Source: Candidatus Krumholzibacteriia bacterium (GTDB lineage: Bacteria; Krumholzibacteriota; Krumholzibacteriia; WVZY01; JAKEHA01). From it: a stretch of 60,142 bases of DNA. The notes beneath the pieces were generated by a model. It did no database searches. It saw nothing but the letters and a program-made list of their open reading frames with translations, and was not told the origin of the DNA. The stretch is taken from assembly GCA_035687255.1 (NCBI GenBank), contig DASRYI010000344.1, positions 1 to 60,142 of the forward strand. Direction: 5' to 3'. Each line of letters starts with the position of its first letter. The stretch's first letter is position 1. Below are positions 54,680 through 60,142 of the stretch, one piece after another. Made by a program: the position numbers and the translations under genes.

Positions 54680-55591
54680 ATGCGTTGGCAGCACGCGTGC
54701 TTGATAGTCCTCCTGATGGCGGTTCCAGCCGCCGTACAGGCCGGGGAACCGGGCTCCGCCGGCGCCCTGTTTTTGCGTTTCGGCATGGGCGCGCGCGCCT
54801 CGGCCATGGGTGAGGCGTATTCGGCGGTGGCCGAAGACGCGACCAGCGTGTTCTGGAATCCGGGTGCCATGCCCGCCGTGCTCGGGACACATCTCACGCT
54901 GGTCCACAACGAGTACTTCCAGTCGCTGCGTTTCGAGCAGGCGGCGACCACGCACGAAACCAAATGGGGCACGTTCGGCTTCATGTTCACGGGCCTGTAC
55001 ATGGACGACATGGCTCGCTACGACGAGTTCGGCTCCGCGTCGCCCCTGGGCACATTCGGCGCCTACGACGTGGCGTTCGCGGTCGCCTACGGGCGCTACA
55101 TCGTTCCCAACACGGCGGTGGGGATATCCGTCAAGCCCGTGTACGAACGGATCGATGAACTCTCCGCGAGCGGCCTCGCCTTCGATGCGGGCATCTACCA
55201 CGTGTCCAGGATCCCGGGGGTCAAGCTGGCGGCGACGGTGGCAAACCTCGGAACGCCCATGAAGTTCGAAGCCGAAGAGTACGCCCTGCCGCGTTACGTG
55301 CGCGTGGGTGGTAGCTACGAGCGCGAGGTTCCCGAACTCGACGGACGCCTGCTGTTCACGTTCGATGCCATGTTCCCGAATGACGGGGGCGTGCGCGAAC
55401 ATATCGGCGGCGAGTACTCGTACCGTCGCATGCTTTCGCTGCGCGCCGGGTACAAGGCGGGCTACGATTCCGAGGGGGCGACGTTCGGCTTCGGCGTGCT
55501 GTACCGGCAGATCAACCTGGACTACGCCTTCCTGCCGGTGTCCAACGACCTCGGAGACAGCCACCGCTTCGGCGTGGGATTCAGCTTTTGA
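54680..55591 (+). CDS. PorV/PorQ-family outer-membrane beta-barrel (T9SS-associated)
   Basis: AAGGAG RBS. Signal present. FLRFGMGARASAMGEAYSAVAEDATSVFWNPGAM is the family N-terminal signature. Motif INLDYAFLP...GDSHRFGVGFSF at the C-terminus. Confidence 0.7.
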   Translation: MRWQHACLIVLLMAVPAAVQAGEPGSAGALFLRFGMGARASAMGEAYSAVAEDATSVFWNPGAMPAVLGTHLTLVHNEYFQSLRFEQAATTHETKWGTFGFMFTGLYMDDMARYDEFGSASPLGTFGAYDVAFAVAYGRYIVPNTAVGISVKPVYERIDELSASGLAFDAGIYHVSRIPGVKLAATVANLGTPMKFEAEEYALPRYVRVGGSYEREVPELDGRLLFTFDAMFPNDGGVREHIGGEYSYRRMLSLRAGYKAGYDSEGATFGFGVLYRQINLDYAFLPVSNDLGDSHRFGVGFSF

Positions 55592-56342
55592 CGGTTTCCA
55601 GGCGCAGCCGCCCGTTGGTAAGCCGGGCGAAGGTGAAGTGTTCGATCCAGTCGCCGAGGATCACAAATTCCCGTCCGTCCTTCGTCTCGTGCAGCGGATA
55701 GTGCACGTGACCCATCACGAACGCATCATTTCCCCGTAGAAAGAAGTGGTTCCACGCGTATGCCGTGACGGTGCGCGCGCGCTTCTCCTGGGGAACCGTC
55801 AGATACGTGCGGCTCCCGTGTGAAACTCCCCCCGCGATCGCGTCCAGAATGTCGGGGTGAATGGCCCGGGCCAGGGCCACCACGACCGGATTGCGAATAA
55901 TCTGCTTGAGCATCTTGTACCCGTAGTCACGCGGCATCACCAGGTCCCCGTGGGCCAGCAGGATACGCCGGCCCTGGGCCTCGATCATGATGTCGCGCTG
56001 GTGGACCACCACGCCGAGGTCGGAGGCGAACCGGTCGCCCACCCAGTGGTCGTGGTTGCCGCCCAGAAAGTGAACGGGAATCCCGCGGTCGCTGGCGCGG
56101 CGGATGGCGGAACACACGTCCAGATAGCGGCGCGAAACAACGGAACGGTACTCGAAGTAGAAGTCGAAGATGTCGCCCAGGAGGAAGAGAGCGCTGTTAC
56201 CCGGAAGGTTATCGAGGAACCGAATGAACCGCTCCCGCCGTTCCCGTTCGCCGGGAATACGCACATCCCGGAAATGCGTGTCGGCCAGCATGCGCACGTC
56301 GGGTGCGCGCAGGACAACGGGCTGGTTGACAGTTGGCGTCAT
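55581..56342 (-). CDS. lpxH: UDP-2,3-diacylglucosamine diphosphatase
   Basis: Metallophosphoesterase blocks MLADTHF, LFLLGDIFDFYFEY, HFLGGNHDHW, LLAHGD, FVMGHVHYP, VILGDW. Confidence 0.85.
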   Translation of the reverse strand: MTPTVNQPVVLRAPDVRMLADTHFRDVRIPGERERRERFIRFLDNLPGNSALFLLGDIFDFYFEYRSVVSRRYLDVCSAIRRASDRGIPVHFLGGNHDHWVGDRFASDLGVVVHQRDIMIEAQGRRILLAHGDLVMPRDYGYKMLKQIIRNPVVVALARAIHPDILDAIAGGVSHGSRTYLTVPQEKRARTVTAYAWNHFFLRGNDAFVMGHVHYPLHETKDGREFVILGDWIEHFTFARLTNGRLRLETVKS

Positions 56343-56536
56343 GGGTCTTTCGGCCGCACCGGGGACGGTCCGGGGCGCGGATGCAGGCCATATTGCCCGA
56401 GCCCGGACGCGATCGGCAAGCCATTTGGTGGAAGTCGCTTAAGTACAGGAACCGGAGGCCCGTCCAGGACGTACAATTGCTCGTGAACGACAGGCAGGGG
56501 AAGAGTTTCGGGAAGGTGGCGGCAATGATTGCCGGG

Positions 56537-56565
56537 TTGACGTACGGCTCCGCCACGGATACAAT
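56537..56565 (+). promoter_or_regulatory. Candidate sigma-70-type promoter TTGACG-N17-TACAAT upstream of htrA
   Basis: Good match to both hexamers. It lies ~150-175 nt upstream of the htrA start candidates. Confidence 0.35.
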
Positions 56566-56739
56566 TACGGGTGCACGGTCGAGAGTGCTTAGATCAGGTA
56601 AGTTCCAGCCCGTTTCTCCCCTACCAGTCGGCCGGGTGCCGTCAGTGGCACCGGTTTGCTCCTGATTTTTACAGATTGCTGTCGCGCACGCAGCAGTAGC
56701 GCGCGGCTGTTCATTATGAAGGAAGGCGTGAAGCGCACG

Positions 56740-58191
56740 ATGAAATTCGCACGGATTTCGGCTCTGTTGGTTGCCATGTCCTGTGTTGCTGCAACCGGGT
56801 TCGCCGCGGGCGGACCGGCGGCGGATACCGGCCTGCCCATACGGGCGGATGGCAGCTCTATTACAGCGGATGTGGCGGAAAAGGTGGGACCGGCGGTGGT
56901 GTTCATCCGGACCGAGCGGACGGTCGATTCCAAGACCGATGGTGATACCCCGTTTGATTTTTTCCGGGAGTTCTTTCCCCAGCAGGACAACGACCCGCAC
57001 CAGCGCATGCGCCGCATGCCGGGCGGCGGGTCCGGGTTTGTGTTCGACGATGAAAACCGGATTCTGACCAACTATCACGTGATCAAGGATGCGGACAAGA
57101 TCACGGTCGTCCACGAAGAAGACGGCGAGGAGCAGGAGTACGAAGCGCATGTCGTCGGCGATGACCCGCACTCCGACATCGCCATTATTCAGGTCGACAA
57201 AAAGGCCAAGCTTCCCAAAGTTGCGCTGGGCGATTCCGACAAGATGCGCGTCGGCGACTGGGTCATGGCCATCGGTACGCCGTTCGGTCAGCTGCAGGGC
57301 ACGGTGACGGTGGGGATCGTCTCGGCCAAGGGCCGCAACGACCTCAACATCATGGGCGGCTCGGCCACGTACCAGAACTACATTCAGACCGACGCCTCGA
57401 TCAACTTCGGCAACAGCGGCGGGCCGCTCGTCAACATGAAGGGCGAAGCGATCGGTATCAACACCGCCATCAATCCGTCGGGCCAGGGCATCGGGTTCGC
57501 GATTCCCATCAATATGGCGAAGCGGATCATGGGCGAGCTGATTGCGAAGGGCAAAGTCCGTTACGGTTACCTGGGCATCCGCCTGCAGGAGCTCGACAAT
57601 ACGCTGGCGCAGGGCATGGGCCTGCCGGTCAACCGCGGGATCCTGGTGGAGGACGTCTACCCTGACACGCCTGCGTCCAAGGCCGGCATCGCACGCCGGG
57701 ACGTGATCGTGAAGTACGACGGCCAGGTGGTGAAAGAAGACAGCAAATTCCGCATGATGGTCGGCTCGACCCCGGTCGGGAAGACCGTCCCGGTGGTCGT
57801 CATGCGTGACGGCAAGGAGAAATCACTCAATGTGACGCTGGCGGAACGCCCCGAGGAGGACGTGCTGGCATCCACGCCAACACCCGAGACCTCGGCGTGG
57901 CTCGGTCTCCATGTGGAAGACGCGCGCGGCGCAGCGGCTCGCCGCGAGTACGGGCTCGACCGCGGGCAGTCCGGGGTGGTTATCACCGGTGTCGATCAGG
58001 GCAGCCCTGCGGACGACGCGAATCTTCAGGAGGGTGACATCATCACGGAGGTCTATACTCAGTCGGTGAGCGGCCTTGATGACTACGTTGCCATCTCGAA
58101 GAAGTTGAAGGATCGGAAGGACCCCATCGCTTTCCTGGTGAAGAGAGGGAAAACCACGAACTACGTGACGGTCGCCCCTGCGCACGAATAA
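56740..58191 (+). CDS. htrA: Periplasmic serine endoprotease DegP/HtrA (trypsin domain + 2 PDZ)
   Basis: Signal MKFARISALLVAMSCVAATGFAAG (alternative ATG 56716). Motifs GSGFVFDDENRILTNYHVI, SDIAIIQV, TDASINFGNSGGPLVNMKGEAIGINTAI. PDZ blocks GYLGIRLQEL and WLGLHVED. Confidence 0.9.
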   Translation: MKFARISALLVAMSCVAATGFAAGGPAADTGLPIRADGSSITADVAEKVGPAVVFIRTERTVDSKTDGDTPFDFFREFFPQQDNDPHQRMRRMPGGGSGFVFDDENRILTNYHVIKDADKITVVHEEDGEEQEYEAHVVGDDPHSDIAIIQVDKKAKLPKVALGDSDKMRVGDWVMAIGTPFGQLQGTVTVGIVSAKGRNDLNIMGGSATYQNYIQTDASINFGNSGGPLVNMKGEAIGINTAINPSGQGIGFAIPINMAKRIMGELIAKGKVRYGYLGIRLQELDNTLAQGMGLPVNRGILVEDVYPDTPASKAGIARRDVIVKYDGQVVKEDSKFRMMVGSTPVGKTVPVVVMRDGKEKSLNVTLAERPEEDVLASTPTPETSAWLGLHVEDARGAAARREYGLDRGQSGVVITGVDQGSPADDANLQEGDIITEVYTQSVSGLDDYVAISKKLKDRKDPIAFLVKRGKTTNYVTVAPAHE

Positions 58192-58244
58192 GTGCCAGGG
58201 CCCCGAGCGAGTCGTCGAGAGACTTCGAACCCAGGAGGTTTGAA

Positions 58245-59150
58245 ATGGAACGCGACAACGAAGAGCGCTTTGAGCAGCGTGAAGCGGGAAAACGCGCGAA
58301 GGAAAGACAGGGAGGCGCCGGTATCCGGAGCCTGGACCTGTATCTTCACGAGATCAACCGCACGCCCCTGCTGACGCGCGAACAGGAGCGCGATCTCGCC
58401 AGACGCATTCATGCCGGTGACAAAGCGGCGCTGGATCAGCTGGTGAAGGCCAATCTCCGATTCGTGGTGTCGATTGCCAAGCAGTACTCGAATCAGGGGC
58501 TGTCGCTCGAAGACCTGATCAACGAGGGAAACCTGGGCCTGATCAAGGCAGCGCATCGCTTCGACGAAGAACGTGGTTTCAAGTTCATCTCGTACGCTGT
58601 GTGGTGGATTCGCCAGGCCATGCTGCAGTCACTGGCCGAGCATTCGCGCATCGTCAGACTGCCGCTGAACCGGGCCGGCACGTTGTATCGTATCGGCAAG
58701 GTCTCGCGTCAGCTGGACCAGGAGCTCGGCCGTACGCCGAGCGCCGAAGAGATTGCGGCGCGGCTGAAGATCTCCACGCAGGAAGTCGAGGAGACGATGG
58801 TCATCTCGAACACGCACGTGTCGCTCGATGATCCGTACTCCGCCGACAAGGACGACACCGCCCTGGTCGACCACCTCACCGCGGAAGGACAGGAGTCACC
58901 CGACGAGGGCACGTATACGGCGGCGCTTTCGGATGACCTCGAACGCGCCCTGGGCACGCTCTCGGAGCGCGAGCGCCGGGTACTGGCCATGTATTTCGGC
59001 CTCGGGGGCGACGAGCCCATGACGCTCGAGGACATCGGCGGCAAACTCGGGCTGACGCGTGAGCGGATTCGCCAGATCAAGGAAAAGGCAATCCAGCGCC
59101 TGCGCCACTCCACACGCGCGCGCTTCCTTCAGGGCTACGTGGAAGGTTGA
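58245..59150 (+). CDS. Sigma-70 family sigma factor, short RpoD/group-1-2-like (301 aa)
   Basis: AGGAGG RBS. Motifs LYLHEINRTPLLTREQE, LVKANLRFVVSIAKQY, LEDLINEGNLGLIKAAHRFDEERGFKFISYAVWWIRQAM, RIVRLPLN. Region 4 is MTLEDIGGKLGLTRERIRQIKEKAIQRLR. Confidence 0.9.
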   Translation: MERDNEERFEQREAGKRAKERQGGAGIRSLDLYLHEINRTPLLTREQERDLARRIHAGDKAALDQLVKANLRFVVSIAKQYSNQGLSLEDLINEGNLGLIKAAHRFDEERGFKFISYAVWWIRQAMLQSLAEHSRIVRLPLNRAGTLYRIGKVSRQLDQELGRTPSAEEIAARLKISTQEVEETMVISNTHVSLDDPYSADKDDTALVDHLTAEGQESPDEGTYTAALSDDLERALGTLSERERRVLAMYFGLGGDEPMTLEDIGGKLGLTRERIRQIKEKAIQRLRHSTRARFLQGYVEG

Positions 59151-59182
59151 CGCGCGGCCGCACGGACGTGGTCGATTGCGCT

Positions 59183-59214
59183 GCGAAGGGCAGGGTTATC
59201 ACCCTGCCCTTCGC
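59183..59214 (+). terminator. Hairpin terminator candidate after the sigma gene
   Basis: Perfect 14-bp stem GCGAAGGGCAGGGT/ACCCTGCCCTTCGC with a TATC loop, followed by GTGTTTCGG. It lies 32 nt after the stop. Confidence 0.5.
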
Positions 59215-59285
59215 GTGTTTCGGCGCAATCGGCTTGACAGGGTGCGGGGAGCCTTTCTAGCCTGACCCGGTTGCCTGAGACACGC

Positions 59286-60142
59286 ATGCAAGATCGCTTT
59301 CTGACATTCCTCTATTTGCCGGACGGCGCCAGCGAGCCGCGTTCACTGCGGGTTCGCCGCAGTGTATTGATGGCGCTCGTCATCACAGTGCTGGCGGCGC
59401 TGGGCGTTTCCGGTTGGATGATCCTTCATTACTCGAGCCGGCTGAAGGACGCCTATCAGGTGGAAATGCTCGAGACGCAGAACCACGAGCTTCGCAGCGG
59501 CGTGGCCTCCCTGGAGTCCGAAGTCGCGACGCTGCGGCGCCAGGTGGCGCAGAACTTTGATTTCCAGAAGAAGGCGCGAATTCTCGCCAATCTCGACGAT
59601 GTGGCGGAGGACGTGACCCAGGTGGGGGTGGGAGGACCTGCGTACGATGTCTCGCGAGTCATGACCGGGCTCGACCCGGCGACGCGTAACCGGCTTCTGG
59701 GCGCCCGCTCCGACATCGAGAAGTTGCTCCGTCAGGCGCGCCTGCAGAAGGTGGATTACGAGGAGATTCTGTCCCGGCTGGAGAGTTCGAATCAGCTGAT
59801 GCACATGACACCCTCGCTCAAACCCGTCAACGTGGGTTTCGTGTCCAGCCGTTTCGGGTGGCGCATGGATCCCATCACGGGCCGGCGCACGCTGCACCGG
59901 GGCGTGGACTTCTCGGCGCGTCTGGGCACCCCGGTGATGGTGACCGCGGACGGAGTCGTCACCTTCTCGGGGGTATGGCAGACCTACGGCAACGTGGTCG
60001 AAGTCTCCCACGGCAACGGGTTTCTCACGCGCTACTGCCATCTCCAGCGCCGCCTCGTGGCCAAGGGGCAGCGGGTCACCCGCGGGGATGTCATCGGCCG
60101 GGTGGGCTCGACGGGACGCTCCACCTTCTCCCATCTGCATTA
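59286..60142 (+). CDS. M23-family peptidoglycan DD-metalloendopeptidase; 3' end cut by window edge
   Basis: Not in the ORF track because no stop falls inside the window. The frame is open from ATG 59286 to the end: MQDRFLTFLYLPDG..., a TM helix, a coiled coil, then HRGVDFSARLGTPVMVTADGVV, VEVSHGNGFLTRYCHL, GRVGSTGRSTFSHLH. Confidence 0.85.
   Translation, partial: MQDRFLTFLYLPDGASEPRSLRVRRSVLMALVITVLAALGVSGWMILHYSSRLKDAYQVEMLETQNHELRSGVASLESEVATLRRQVAQNFDFQKKARILANLDDVAEDVTQVGVGGPAYDVSRVMTGLDPATRNRLLGARSDIEKLLRQARLQKVDYEEILSRLESSNQLMHMTPSLKPVNVGFVSSRFGWRMDPITGRRTLHRGVDFSARLGTPVMVTADGVVTFSGVWQTYGNVVEVSHGNGFLTRYCHLQRRLVAKGQRVTRGDVIGRVGSTGRSTFSHLH

Noticed and set aside
56646-56659. TGGCAC-CGGT-TTGC upstream of htrA, looking like a sigma-54 promoter
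   Set aside because: The spacer is 4 nt instead of 5 (GG-N9-GC). Sigma-54 promoters do not tolerate this spacing change. htrA is also not a typical sigma-54 target.
59343-60140. 265-aa minus-strand ORF at the right edge
   Set aside because: The plus strand carries an open frame from ATG 59286 to the window end with clear M23 peptidase motifs (HRGVDF, GSTGRSTFSHLH). The minus ORF is its shadow.

Overview
This is a 60.1-kb high-G+C bacterial chromosomal segment, roughly mid-60s % G+C by eye. Three patches look AT-richer: ~28.3-29.7 kb, ~44.8-45.3 kb and ~48.35-49.15 kb. The host is a diderm (LpxH, Omp85-like, PorV/PorQ-like, T9SS-type C-terminal sorting domains, a short RpoD-like sigma). I infer an uncultivated FCB-superphylum-like lineage. 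I call about 50 protein genes, one initiator tRNA-fMet, one IS1-family element, and several hairpin terminators and candidate promoters.

Main blocks:
1. pepD plus a 1571-aa gingipain-like C25 peptidase.
2. An 11.4-kb respiratory island (7.9-19.3 kb) carrying 52 CxxCH haem motifs. It holds a 7-haem NapC-like protein, 19-haem and 13-haem cytochromes c fused to FdnI/HydC-like b-type membrane domains, a tetrahaem, and a Rieske / b6-type cytochrome b / nonahaem complex. An IS1-like element sits between the convergent operons.
3. A TlpA-DUF4266-DUF3570-ApbE envelope redox cluster. Its DUF3570 protein carries an ApbE-type flavinylation motif.
4. A Zn/Mn-type ABC uptake operon with an outer-membrane barrel.
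5. A 3.9-kb four-gene module (orphan enzyme, ATP-grasp, ACT-less aspartokinase, asd) bracketed by an imperfect direct repeat that includes the 3' end of tRNA-fMet.
6. ftsB-eno, then an ECF sigma / DUF4097 / anti-sigma / Omp85 envelope module.
7. Two sigma-54 activators flanking a small self-contained ORF. A structured 827-bp spacer with sigma-54-type promoter matches follows, then a surface operon (FN3 lipoprotein, DUF4384, an M6-like protein with all catalytic residues replaced, PorV-like).
8. lpxH, htrA, a sigma-70 family gene and an M23 peptidase (3' truncated).

All family calls come from motif-level reading of the translations. No database search was possible. The many long antisense ORFs are GC-driven shadow frames.
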